Assembly (NCBI GenBank): GCA_003971905.1
Contig: RSEE01000035.1
Span: 620,001 to 645,693, forward strand
Source of the DNA: Moniliella sp. 'wahieum'
Lineage: Eukaryota
Length of the DNA: 25,693 nucleotides
Reading direction: 5' to 3'
Shown here: piece by piece, positions 10,726 to 23,280 of the stretch
Numbering within the stretch: the stretch's first letter is position 1
Layout of the letters: every line of letters begins with the position of its first letter
Made by a program: the position numbers and the translations under genes
Notes under the pieces: generated by a model
Seen by the model: only the letters and a program-made list of their open reading frames with translations
Database searches by the model: none
What the model was told of the DNA's origin: nothing

Positions 10726-11471
10726 TGCATCATGGTGAAGATTATATAGCGCACCAGTGCATCTGCGCGCCTACTAGCTACTGGCGCCTCATGAAGCTGT
10801 GGAGTGCATTCTATACCATTAGCATCAGAACAAAAGCTAGAGGGACATGATGCATGTATGATGAAAAACCGGGAACCCAAGGATTCGGTTGTTGGGAACC
10901 TCACAAAAAGTAGAGTAACTAGTAACTAGTGACCAGCAATGCAAAAGCAATGATGGTGATCTAAACCGTTTGTTCCACACCTGAAGGAGACAGGGAGACG
11001 ATAATTAAGCGATTGCCCTGGTTTTTGGTTTCTCCCGGGTGCTTCAGGTTATAGGGTGGGGGGGGGGTGCTAGGGAAAATGGATGGTGGCTAGTATGATT
11101 GTCATTCTTCGCGTGTCATGCAGGCAGGCTGCACTTGGAGACGGGGTTTATCCCGCACTTATAAGTGCGGTGGATCTGGAGCTTCCAGTGCTTAGTTCCT
11201 TGTCCCTCTAAGTCGACTACACAAACTGGTAATAGTCATCACAAGAATGCATCGTTTCGATCATCCAAAAACATCGCAAAGAAGAGGTAACCCCAACGGG
11301 GGTACTCTGACAGTCCTCTCTCTCCTGCCCCCATCGTTAGACACACTGTAAGCTCAGTATGCAATGACAACTAATAAGCGGAGACACCCCCCGCCTCCTC
11401 CTCCGGATGAGAGTACCCCGAGACAGGGCCACTCTTCGAGCAACGGAGGGTCAGCCATCTCTTTTCGCAGC

Positions 11472-14400
11472 TTAATGGCCATGGTACAGACAATGGTCCG
11501 CACTCCCTTCCGCCGGGTTGCCCCACCACGCAGGGAAGGGCCGTTCCTGTGGTCCGCCCAAATGAAACACAACAACCGTCAGTACTCCGTATCAATCTCG
11601 TGAAGAGCAAAAAGTGACAGAAACGGGGGGAGAGGAAATCGGATACGGTACGAACCTTGCCAGCTGCCCCAAGCACGGCGTACGACAGGACAAACATGAT
11701 GGTTTGCGATCCGCCATCGAGCGCGGCGCCCAGCAAATAATTCAGGCGGCGGTACTGCACGGGGTAGTACCGTCGTACCACGACTTGCGATCCCACGCCA
11801 ACCAAGATGGACGCGACCAAGTAACTCGTGTTGCCTGAGTTGGTCCATCCGGCATACTGGATAATGATGGGCGTGTTGAGTGCGGCGATCCAACTGTACC
11901 AGTGCGTGCGGCAGGGCTGCGGGCTTGCCAGTGGGAGAGAGGCGCAGGACCGCCCAATGCACAAACGGAAGCGCGGCCCCGATTAACAAGCCCAATGGCA
12001 CCAACACATACGACCCAGAACTGCTGTAGGTTTGACGGCTGAGGGACCAGGTGACAGCTTGGCTGTTGAGACTTTGCAGCGTCGCTCCGGACCAGACACG
12101 ACTGCCGATCGGATCCAATAACACCTCCCGTTGTGCGTGCAGCACAGATATGCCAATGCCATAGTTGATGTAGGCACCGAGCAATGTGCCATACACTTGG
12201 GTGGCAAACATGGCGCGGTGGCTGATTTTGAGATACTGTCCGATCTGCGGGAAGAATCACAGAGGAAGGCAATGCTGGTCAGTATACTTTACTCTCTCTC
12301 CTCGTTGGAGCGGGACAACGCACTTTCAGCCAGTTGCTCAGGTTGACGGCAGCAAAATGACTTGGTGAGACCAGCAGCGCCGTACAAGCCAGCTAAGGGG
12401 CGGTGAGGCACCATGGCGCCACACACCATCTTGCTCAGTTGGTTCGTGGCAATGCCGTTTCCGTAGAGTGAGTAGAGGATCATGGAGAACGGCGCAATGA
12501 CCAGCCCGAGCGCGACCATCACCACGTATGCCCAAACGGGCAACGTTGTCTCGCCCACCGCATTCACAATAATCCCGGCCACAAACGCTAGGACAAAGAG
12601 GAGCCCGTACCACCACATGGGCACATCTTTGTACCGCAGCATGGCTTGGTAGTGCCGGTCGGGCTGCGTGTGCGTGCGAGCGGAGCGGAGTGCTTCCCAC
12701 ATGGACGCCGGTAAAAGATGGCAACGTGGGTGATCAGCCCGCCAATCGCCGCGTTGGCACACAAGTATACCCAGGCTGACGATGCTGTCAAGCTCGGCAG
12801 GCCGTACGTAGCAAGTTTCGCCGAGTTGATCACCGGCGAAGCGCCGTCCAGAATTTCGGACACATCGTACACCGACCCGTCGGATCGGAACAGGGATGAG
12901 CTCATGAACGGAAACGACTTGGCCGACCACGCATTGGTGTAGTACAGGATGGGAATCACGAGCCAAAATAGAGCCAGACCAATCCAGCTGTTGGCCTGTT
13001 GTTTGAGCGGAAGGGACATGTAGGTACTAGTAAATACTGCCAGTCGAGTCCGATCTCTCCGAGGCCAAGTCCTTCGTTGCTGGCCAACTAATGTTGGTGT
13101 ACCCATGCAACCCCGACCATTGAACAGGCAAAGAGAGAAAGTAACCAACAACCAACGAAAATAAGCAACAAAAGCATCACCACGACACCATCGACACAAC
13201 AACGGTATCATCAAGGAAGAAATCCACATCCGATGAGACAAAGTCAGTCGTGCGACTCGAACGAAAATAGTCAATAGAGAATGCCAACGTACACCACCGA
13301 AGATGTTGGCAAATACCTTGCGCGTTGAGGTGGCTGCTTTCATCGAGGCAAGGCAGAAGATGGAGATGCCGCCGACAAAAGGCATCATGTAGGTTGCCAC
13401 CACTTCCCATGCCGCCGATCCAAGGAACGCCCACCCGGCGGTGTTGAGGGCTCCCTTGTGCTTGGCCGGATCAAAGTGAAGCGATTGAAAGAGGGCAACT
13501 TGGGGCAAGGTGGACCAATAGACCGCTTCAGAGGGAAAGACGGTGATGGCACGCATCACGCCGGCCAAAGTAAACCCAATCAACGAGATGGAAAACGTGC
13601 CGAGTACCGCTGTCACGGGCTTGACTGACCGTCCGTAAATAAATTCTCACACAACATCACCTCCACTCCACTCAGACCATTGTTGGAGGACGAGGCAATG
13701 AGCGAGGCAACCGCATGTTCTTTGATCTGAAATGGCTGACCAAAGTTGAGAAGGCGGAGAAGGGGCCGGAGCCGCGCAATGGAACACGTTCCGGCGCGGC
13801 GTGAGGTAGGCCCACAAATTACCGGCTAGGTAGACCAGCAAACTCCAAAAAGATTGCACTGACTTGGACCGAGGTCGGTTTGAGCGTGTAGAGCATCGTG
13901 ATCACGCTCGCAAACGCCGCAAATCCCGATCCGAGCACGAGCGAACGAAAGGTCACCGCCGGATCGCCATCGTCGCGGACCGAGATGAAGTTGGACACAT
14001 CCACCCCTTTACAATTTGTGCACAAAAGGGATGGTACAGATTGTGAGTTTCTTATCGCACCGCAGGGTCATATACCCCGGGGGGAGGGGGGACGAACCGG
14101 TACGAAGGATGCGTTCGCCCTTGTAGTACTGGACCTTGGCAGCGTCAGGGTCGGTAAAGTCGCCATAGGCCTCGTCGGTGGGTTCCTTCTCTAGTATGGC
14201 CTTCTCCGGTGGCTCCTGCGGCGTGTGCTCGTGCGGGGGGAGGGCCGAGGCGCCATGGGAGGCAGCACTGTTGTTGCTCGCCCGCTCTTTTTCGTCGCCG
14301 TCCAAATGTGAAGCCGTTGACTTATCTTCTTCTTTATCGGCCTTCTCGGCCTTCTCTTGCTTTTCGGCCGTCGTTGGTGCGAGGACGTGCGGGAGGTAGT

Positions 14401-14476
14401 CGATGGGGTCAGCGTTGTCGGATGGGTCCGAGGCCAGCGTCGGTGCGCGGGCGGGGGCAGGGACAGGTGAGGGCAT
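11472..14476 (-). CDS. OPT-family oligopeptide transporter; multi-exon, with many frameshifts in this sequence
   Basis: ATG at 14476. Motifs: VSNFISVRDDGDPAVTFRSLVLG, VFPSEAVYWSTLPQVALFQSLH, LYYTNAWSAKSFPFMSSSLF, DRHYQAMLRYKDVPMWWY, MFATQVYGTLLGAYINY, YLLGAALDGGSQ, and C-terminal FPAWWGN...DHC with TAA at 11474-11472. Introns 14097-14007 and 11655-11547 (both GTTCGT...AG) join in frame. Further introns lie near 13290-13085 and 12325-12245. Confidence 0.92.
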
Positions 14477-14530
14477 GAGGAGAACGGGCGCCAAAGCAGA
14501 GAGAGATAAGAGACCGAGAGGCCAGACCGA

Positions 14531-14587
14531 TATATAAGCATTGTCAGCGCAAGCGCATTGTAGTACTACGTATCCACTGCTATATAA
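14531..14587 (-). promoter_or_regulatory. Two TATA-like elements upstream of the OPT start codon
   Basis: TATATAA on + at 14531-14537 and 14581-14587 (TTATATA on -), about 55 and 105 nt upstream of the ATG in otherwise GC-rich DNA. Confidence 0.35.
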
Positions 14588-16270
14588 TCGCCGTAGTGCT
14601 GTGTCCCTGAAGTGTTGTGCTGTGGCGCAAAAAATGCATTCGTGTACGCATGTGCAGGACAAGTCCCAAGCCGCCCCGGCATTCCCGGCGCACACCACCA
14701 CCAGCGCACATTGCGCTGCAAAGAGGGAGGAGAGGAGGGCGACCGCATGCTGGTTCTTGTGACGGTGGGGTTGCTTGGCAGCACGCAACGGCGACGCCCA
14801 AGTTGGGCGTCGACCCCACTGGGGGCACTGCTTGATTGCTGATTGTCGAAGACGCGCTGGTGCACTGAACGTTGAACACGGGATATTGGAGGCTGCCATG
14901 TGAAAGTTAAAATTGCCCGGGTAGAATGTCGAATGCCAACGCAGCCTCACAGGGGACGGTGACCTCAGCGGTGAGTTGGATCCAGGACTGCGCGTTGTCA
15001 TCGATCAGGCCGATCACCGATCTTTGCCAGTGCATCGCTTGGCATCGCGTCATCGCGTCGGGCCAGTGGCCCCGTGCCCGCCTGGCTGACGGGGCTCGGC
15101 CCAACCCCTGGCGACCGTCTGGGCCATGTGGTTGGCCAGCTCTGCCATCCCAGGCCATCAACCATCGACCATCCCTCCCTGCCGGCTACCTCGCTCGGTC
15201 CGCCGGCAAATCGTGGCAAAACAGGGTAAACTACTGAGGACAAGCCTCTTTCCGCCGGAAAGTGTCCAGCCAGATAGAGGCACTCTGTCTCTCTTCTGTT
15301 TGAGCGCGCCTCGCAACGAAGGCGTCATTTGCCATCGCCATCGGCGCTCAGAGTGAGCTCAGCCAGCGCTCAGTCCACAGCTTTTCAACCGCTAACGGTG
15401 GGCCTGAAGCGGCGTTGCTGACGGCTGCCTTCAGCATCAACTAACAAATGCGCTGTGCCTGGTGCCTGCCCTCCACGCGTTCCTCCTGCCCGCTGTCCCG
15501 ACACACCAACCCCAACTTAGGCCTCCCACCTCCGCTCTCCTTCAAGCCTGAGAAGCTTGGCGTACAATCTATTACGTCAAACCCCCGCCCCTCCTCGCGC
15601 CATCTTCACCACCAACTTGCGTAGCGAGACGAGGATAAATGATTGCATTCCTTCTTGCTGTTCCCGCAAGTTCTGACTCTGATTGCTTTGCTAATCTATT
15701 CCTTTTCTCTTCGATAGGGCTCCGTTCTATCCCGTCTCGCATCGCACTGATGGCTAGACAACACCCGTGCTGTACAGGGAAGAAGGGTGGAGGATCTGGC
15801 AAGGTTTGTGGAAAGTGAAGAGGCGGTGTTTCGGCGACGACCTTTCCGTGCCTGTGGACGTGCCCGACTATGACAAGGTCATTTGGGTACGTCCTCGATT
15901 TGATCCAAGCTGCCGGCCTTACTACCAGAGACACAGGCAAGCCATGCCAAATGATGATTCTCGCCCCCCAAGACCAAGTGTGCCGTGAGCTACAGCGTCC
16001 AAACACTGATGAACGTCGGATCTAGGTGGGCAAAGTGGCGCATTGGCTCCAAACTTCACATTGCCTGATGGAGGCAAAGACCACCTTGCGCGTCCCCTTG
16101 CGTCAGCGACTCTTGATGACGCCTCCCCACCCCCCCTCACAGCACTTCGGCAGCCCCAACGTCAGATCAAGCCCGAGGCCGAAGCCAACACAGCCACACA
16201 CAGCCGCTGCCTAGGCGGATGCGACCTCTTCCCCACCCGCTCCTCGCCTTGATCGGCCAACCTCCACCGA

Positions 16271-16306
16271 GCGGCGGCGGGGGCGGCGGCGGCGGCGGCG
16301 GCGGCG
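16271..16306. repeat. Interrupted (GCG)n trinucleotide microsatellite
   Basis: GCGGCGGCGGGGGCGGCGGCGGCGGCGGCGGCGGCG, read directly. Confidence 0.9.
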
Positions 16307-16891
16307 CAAACATCCAAGGCCCTTATCCCCCAGAGCCAAGAGAGCCACCCCAAGATGCACAAGAGAGCAGCAGCAGTTAGAGGATTTGCTGACCCCACCC
16401 CCGACTACAAGGTCATTCGAGGGCTCCCGAGGATAAAGGTAGAGTCGGATTTTGACAAACGGGGACGCCGCGGCGGCTTCAAGCTTCATTCCAGCCTGGG
16501 CGCGTGCATGTGAACCATGGGTTTGACTTGATCTGCATTAAATCTGTGAGCATACGGTGCATAGCAAGCAGAGACGAGTATGGAGCAATGTATTCGTTCA
16601 TTGCGTTGCAACATGGCGGCGCTTCGCCGCTCGTCCAGGTCCATCACTTCCAGGTCCCTCTCGTCCAAGAGCTGCTCGTCAACACCAATGCCGTCCCCGA
16701 CGACGTTTGGTAGGATGCCCATCCGTAACTGTGCGAACCATCGTCAGATTTTCCAAGTCCTGCACTGCGTTAGCATTGCCCTGACGGTCCAGGTCGCCAC
16801 ATTATTCAAATCAAATGTGTACGCGCCGTCGTTCGGGAGCAGCGGCAGCATAGCTCACTGCTTCGTATGGCATCCTGTTCTCGGCATGTGT

Positions 16892-17254
16892 GATGACTTT
16901 CGAATAGGCAGTGTTGCGCATATTACCATCAGGTGAGAGTGCGATGTTGACTCAGTAGCAGGAGACGAGGGAAAGCGCGACATAGAGCTGACCATTGGCA
17001 AAAGTAAGCGTGACGTGGACGGCGCAATGTTTGCACCTGGAACTTGTGGGTAGCCATACAAAAGGAAGGGACAACGGGAAACTACTTACGGCTGAAGCGA
17101 ATGGGGAATTCGCCATCCTGGTCACTTGGAACGAAATGCGGGAGATGATGAAGGGCTAACCGGCAGCTATTCCAGAGATGATGGCGCAAATGGAATGGAA
17201 CCGTGGGGAGAACGACAATGGGATCCGCACGCCATTCACCCAACCGAGGCTGGG
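16892..17254 (-). pseudogene. Relic of the C-terminal half of a Pif1-family (SF1B) helicase, most likely a Helitron RepHel
   Basis: Collinear motifs on - across shifted frames: PSLGWVNGVRI (17254-17222; cf. GLCNGTRL), CAIISGIAAG*PFIISRISF (cf. IITG..AG..VLIPRI), FPIRFSRK*FPVVPSFCMATHKFQVQTL (~17110-17025; cf. RRQFPV..AFAMTINKSQGQTL), FANGQLYVALSLV (17002-16964; cf. FSHGQLYVALSRV) and MRNTAYSKVI (cf. TxNIVYxEV). Confidence 0.88.
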
Positions 17255-18338
17255 TGAGGACGACTTTCCGCCATAGCGATGCCTCCACTTTCCTCCCACT
17301 CGCTTGCCCATGCCCACAGTTCACCTTCCACCACCCACCAAAGGTCCGACTTATTGCACTCGTTCTTTGCCGTCAACGACCCAACATATCCTGGTAAGCT
17401 CCCGCCCCTGCGGCTTGAGATTCTTGTTATTGTTCCGTCCTTGGTTGGCTAGTGTTTTGATGAAGTGAGATTGTTCCCACGCTGTCCTCCCTCCTTCTGC
17501 AACGTACGCGTAGCCATCGTAGACAGGATTCGAATTCTCCATTGGGCCTTGGGACTGGGAAAAGTCCCACGGAGTGCCTTCCCATTTGCCCCACTGCAGT
17601 GGCCACAATAGAGTAGAAGGAAATGTCCTGAAGGCAACGTGGTGCAGGGTGGGACAGAAGTGATGCGTTGTGCGGGTGGCATGGGGGCCAGACTCGCAGG
17701 CGTGCCCCACGCGTCGGAGGCGGTTCAACTACTCCACCATTTTGGGGGAGGGTATTGGAGGGTCCAAGAGAGGGGATGATTGGAATGCGAGTGCACAAAG
17801 GGCTTTCTCTTCGCCCGAGGAACATGTGCGCTGCGGAGCACGGCGAGTGAGCCAAAACGCCTGCCCGACGGGAGAAACGCACCCCCCTCCTGACGCCCTC
17901 ATCGAAGCCACGTCCCGAGAAGTGATATGTTGACTGTTGGTTCGCGACCGCCGCCTTGGGTATGGCGTGGTTGGGTTTCGAATTGATATGGATCGAGGCT
18001 GCAGTTTAGCTGTTTCGGCAAGCCGGTTGCAGCACACTAGCGGACCGGCGGAGCGTGTGCGGCTGCACTGCGGCGTGTGCCGCCACCCGCCTCGTGCCTG
18101 CGCACCGCGGCCGGTGGGCCGTACAGCCAAGTCGGCGCCACAGCCTCCATGCAGCGCGCAGGACAGAGGCAAAGGAGCGGGAGGTGGCAAGCTGATGGAG
18201 GAGTGCGTGGGGGCGGAGCCTCAGCGGCTGAGCGCCGATGATCAGCGATCAGCACGCGGCCGCCACTGGTTGGGCTCGACAGCCCGCTGCGTTTCAATAT
18301 TGCAGTGCTGGCGACGCAAGCCCCGCCGATCGCGTGCC

Positions 18339-18394
18339 ATGATGCATGATGCATGATATATGATGCATGATGCATGATGCATGATCGATGACCG
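18339..18394. repeat. 7-bp tandem repeat (ATGATGC)n, about 8 copies, grading into GATC repeats
   Basis: Units start at 18339, 18346, 18353 (ATGATAT), 18360, 18367, 18374, 18381 (ATGATCG) and 18388 (ATGACCG). Confidence 0.9.
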
Positions 18395-19149
18395 CCTGAT
18401 CGATGATCGACGATCGCTGGCGCAGCGGCCGAGACAAACGCAACGCCCGCAGCCCGTCTCCTGCCGCCGCCGGCAACCGCGTCTCTCGTCCGATATCCCC
18501 GCCCCGACAGGCTCCGGATGGACATCCCACTAGACACCATCAACTCGCCCCCCCCCCAGGCGCTTGTGCGCGGAGCAGAACAGAAGCAGTCTTGAGTATG
18601 TGAATCCCATGCATTGCGCGTTGACCGACGGGTGTGAGGGAGGATGGACGTACGAAGCAGCACGCAGGGTACCCTCAAGTGCCATCACTCACGGCGCGAG
18701 GCACACTCAACATCCAAACAAACACCCCCCGGAACAAGCAAGACCCAGAGACAGGGCGAGACGAGTACGTCGGGCCCCGACATGCTCTCAATAAAGTCCT
18801 GATGGTACGATGGACGGGTGGAGCCGCCTATTCACCGCCTACTCGCCACCAACGCGAAATGGGCAGCTTGTGCCACCGCAGACAGATAAGAACTACGTAC
18901 AGATATCTCGCTGGGCCCATCCTGGGTCGGTAAGCCCAGAGAGAGCAGGCACCACGACCAAGCACATCATGAGGGACACTCAGCACCAGCACAGCTTCTC
19001 ATCCAGTAGGTCGCACGCCCTATGCCTGACCAACATTCTTCCGGCTTGAGCGAGGCGACCAGCAGGTGCGCGCCCCCTTCTTCATCGGTACCAGGTCGAG
19101 GCAGAAGCTAGCCAAAACTCGATCCACGCCTTCATAATGGTCCTCAATC

Positions 19150-22100
19150 TCTTGCAAACCCCGTCCGCTGCTTTTATCCACAACGCTCCAGGACTCCTGA
19201 AAACAGGTCCCGCCACCATCCGAGCTTGTCGTTGCTTGGCAAGACGTTTAAGCTTGTGCAGAGGCAAACCCTCTGCAGCCAGCAAGGAGGTCACTTGTTT
19301 GCTTATTGCGTCGGTCATTCGGCTCCATCAAGCGTATTCGTACCTATTTAGCGGGCTGGTCAGTACATCACAGCAGAGCAAGGCCTGAGTGGCTTCGTAC
19401 ATGATGAACATACAATGAGTATAGCTGTGGCAACGTCGAGCAACGCATTGCGAAAGTGCATTGACACGTCTAGCACTTCGGGGGCATGGGAGGCGGCGGC
19501 GACATGGGCTTGCCGGTTGCGAACAGTCAGCAGAAGCGGATGGACGCGATGTTGTACCTCACACAGCGTGCCTTGATGGTAATGTTGCTCCCTTCCTTGC
19601 CGCAACATCGCCACGAGGACAGGAGTGATTCAAGCCCAGTTTCACCCGTTGATGGATACAGCAGGGTACGAGCAGACCCACCGAAATGGAGGGCACCGTA
19701 TTCAATCCCACCTTGCCACTGCAACTACTAAAAGAAGCAACTGGCATGGCGTCATTGTTGGTACCTGTGTTGCAAAGGCAAAGCTCATGCCCGTCTCAAG
19801 CATCCGCTCCTAGACTGTCCGACATGTGACAAACACGCGCCGTGGGGCTTAGCTTCGAGCGTAGCCCATGACACGCCCAGTTGCTAAACCAAAATCGATT
19901 CCCTCGTCCCCGGCGCGACAATGATCATCGAGCCGGTTTGCGGCAAATGCTTGCTCCTGAGGCATCAGGCACTGCCGATCTTGGTGAAACAAGTGGGGAT
20001 CAATACGGGAGGATGTCGAGCACTCCACCAGGGAGGGAGGTCAGGTTCTGTAGCGTCGACCTCGATGAGGGTGGGACGCAGTTGAAATCGGAGGATAGCA
20101 AATACCTGCAAGGAAACCATGCGAACGCGATACTGCTTTTGGTCGGGGGGATGCTGACTTTGAGAGGCGTGCACCACATCCTGTTACGCAACAGGGGGTG
20201 TGAGCAATCCCTACTGCCACCCTCGCTGACGCCCCACGATAACCCAGCTGACAGCACCTCATGTGTGGGCCGCGTTCAGGTGGTTGCATTCCGCCACGCA
20301 CAAAGCGGACCTCGCATTGAATAGAAGCGGCCGAATCGGTCAAGATGGGTGTCAGATTTGAACTCGTGGCCATGTGTTGTCATGCCGATGACTGGGGGCA
20401 GCTGGGCGCAGGCCGCCGCCCCAACGTCGCCGTCTCGATGCCTGCCTGGATCGCAGCAACATGCGAAGCCAAAGAGCGTTCCCCCCGGCATTTGGCCTGC
20501 TGTCCAGCGAGAGCGGAGGGCAAAACGGGAGCCTGCCGCGAGGCCGAAAGCGGTGGTTGGTGGTTGAGAATCTAAAGGCGTCCCAAAGCGCGACGAGATC
20601 AAAATCGGCGCGGTGCTAGGGTTAGGTGGGGGCAGCCAAGCCGAATGGATTGCGACTGTTCTGCGCGACACGCGAGGCGGTGGCCGCAACGCTCCAACCG
20701 ATAGGTGCACCCGCCGCCCACCATCGTCGTGCGCGGCACACCCTCAGCCGTCTGGCCATCCCCACCCCGCCGCCATGATACACGTGCGGATGCGAGCGGA
20801 CAATAGCCCTCTCTGCGCGGCCTGGCGGGGACGGTCATTTGTTGTTGCTCGCGGGGCTGCTCGGGTTTGCGTCCGCGACCACCTGCACGCGCTGCACCAA
20901 ATACTACTAACAGTCCCCCCACAGCAACCGCTTCAGAGCTGTGCTGTAGCCGGGGGCGCTACAGATGGTTTCAAGGCACCCCGTCGTACTGCCCAAGTGC
21001 AGCTCGATACCACCCAGTGTTGGCGCTCTTCCGCACAGACCCCACCGAAGGGAGAGCGGGGCGCGAACTTGCCTTGAAAGGGCGGCTCCCTATCGTCAAA
21101 TAGAGCAGTGCCTGCACGTTCGCTGCGTACGCGCCGGATGCCTGTGGATAGGAGGCATTGTTGCCACCAGTTTCCTTGCTGTGTAAGTACGTACGTTACT
21201 GCTGGGGCTGTTTGGGCTGAGCCGATTGTCAGCAACTCGCACCACAAGAGAGCAAAAGGGAGCGTGTGAAACGTACCAACACCACAATCTGGGCGAGTAA
21301 GCTTCGCCGAAACGCATGTGTCCACCAAATGTTAGAGAGATACCACCCATATCGGTGGCAGCTACTCGCATCGTTGGTAGCGGCGACGACGGCGGGCCAC
21401 ATGAGCACAGCAGTGTACGCAAACAGTACGGGATGAAGCACTAGGAGGCGCGTCGCGCGTTATGCCCCACCGCACCAACCAAAGAAGGGAATTCCACTTT
21501 CGAGGGGCGCGGCATCTTGGAAGAGTTGACATAAAAGTAAAAGGGCGGATAGGCAGCAATCGTGGAGCCAGAACATCAAACACTCCTTGCGCCGGCGTTT
21601 GAAGATAGTGGCCACAGCGTATGCATGCCCCTCCAGAGTATCCAATATAGCACGCAGCCCCAGGCCACGTCCAAAATAAGTACAGAGAACGATGCACTTT
21701 CATGGGTGTCAAAGGAAATGAAGAGAACATGGCGATGCGCTAGGAAGACTCCGGGGCACATTGGCTATCCCTAGTCGACAGGGAAAACGTAATACAGGGG
21801 AAAGCATGCGTGGTCAAGCGGTGATGGTGTTGCTAAATGACCATGCTGCCTCCCTCTTCCTAGACGTTCCGAGTAGACACAGTTGTAGCACAGTCCCTTT
21901 TCTTCCGAGTTCGGTGGAGGCGAGGACGGACTGGAAGCACTGCATGCATGCAGCCGATGAGTAAGCTGATTTTCGGCATGTCCTTTTTGGGACGTGTGTG
22001 TCGGATGAAAGGAATGCGAAGTGGTCTCGATGCTTCGCGCCGGATTGGTACAAATAATTCTCACAGTTTGACGAAGCGGCGATAAGGATGAAATGCTCAG

Positions 22101-23280
22101 CAGCCCTCTGGAAACGAACATGCTCGTGGGCACTCCTCCATCCCGCTTGTTTTGAGAGGAGAGGATTGAGCACCTGCTTCGGCGAATGGAGCCCTGGCTT
22201 TGCACTCACGATCCTCGAAAGGCCTCATTGGTCGCGCCGCCGAGGTCAGCAGGGCCAACGCGCATGCTGAAAGTGCTGGCCGGAACAATGCCTTGGCATA
22301 CGCGGTGGTGGTGGTGGGGGGGGCAAAGGGAGCAGGCGGACACAGCCCAGACCAACAGTGATGCCAACCCTGTCGATGCACGGGCTTATTCGGCAGTAGG
22401 GTTGGGATTAGATCAGCAGCCACACTATCAACGCCTAAGGAAGAACGTATAGCTCCAGAATCGCTGGTGTTGCACTCATAGAGTGGTATTAGTAAGAAGA
22501 GAAGAGGGTGGTATGAGTACCACTGGGCGGAGAGTAAGGGCGGGGGGTCGGTCGGTTGGGCAGGGCGATGAGGGTGCAATGCTAGGAAATACTATCTGGG
22601 GTGTAGCTTCCTACTGGTGGGCGGTGGGGACATGGTCTCTTGATACACAGTGGAGCTCTGGACGGGGGCTGTGCGGACTGATACATAGCTGGTGCGGAGG
22701 CGGATACAGAAGGAATGACGGCACCGAGGATTCCCACGTGGGCCTCTTCTTATTCCATCGCGGTATTATATACTGGGTGATGCAATGGTGACCGTCGCAG
22801 ATCGACGGGATTATATGCGGTGCGGTCACAGTACTAGGGTGGCGGATGGTGGTAGTGGTAAGGATATGGGGCATGCATTGGTCTGTGGAAGATGAAGAGC
22901 AGTCCTGTACGGGGGATACAGGGGGAATCGAACACTACTCCGGCTCGTGGCCGGAAGACACTCTGCTCACAGGGGGCCTACCTGTTATCAGTATATATTC
23001 ACACACACCTCAGCATCAGCAGGGGTCAGTATACGTACAAGTCTGAAGGAAGAGGCCAGTATATCCAGAAGTCGGAACCTTACAGGGGTATCGGAAACAA
23101 AGATGCAACAGGGGAAAGGGGGAGGGGATATCAGACGGCAAATTCGCTTCATATTCCAATCGTTTTTCCTTGCCAATTTGTGGTATGGTTCTGTAGGATT
23201 TGCTTTCGGAGGTGCAAAGCCCCCTCTCTCCGAAGAGAGGGGGGAATCAGAGATGATGAGGACCACGACCGTCCTCCATC
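19150..23280 (-). mobile_element. Possible highly decayed L1/Tx1-like non-LTR retrotransposon abutting the broken LSU gene
   Basis: Weak motifs in the expected order on -: Cys/His clusters (GLCYNC ~21890; VCVHCCAH 21424-21401; RC/SSCHRYG 21373-21346), APE-like SDTHL (~20350), LLSSDFNCV (DFNCV ~20089-20075; cf. GDFNCV), RLD (19935-19927), and EGLPLHKLKRLAKQRQARMV...PGALW (19273-19172; cf. L1 post-RT GGLG..DL....KA..AK...P..LW). No RT core (QG, YADD) was found. Confidence 0.3.

Noticed and set aside
14477..15001. N-terminal extension of ORF 14009-15001
   Set aside because: No OPT similarity, and it spans TATA-like elements; the ATG at 14476 is the more plausible start.
15951..16009. Box C (ATGATGA) and box D (CTGA) suggesting a C/D snoRNA
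   Set aside because: No terminal stem or recognisable rRNA guide sequence, and the motifs are common in this window.
17729..18678. Long Arg/Ala/Gly-rich ORFs on both strands
   Set aside because: High-GC, repeat-driven open frames with no recognisable domain.
19530..19630. WRCCGKEG...RYN as a Helitron N-terminal zinc-finger remnant
   Set aside because: Spacing is poor, no Rep motifs lie nearby, and it is too close to the helicase C-terminus without invoking large deletions.
20616..20627. Internal telomere-like motif CTAGGGTTAGGT (similar ones near 4372 and 22398)
   Set aside because: Fewer than two full repeats; expected by chance.
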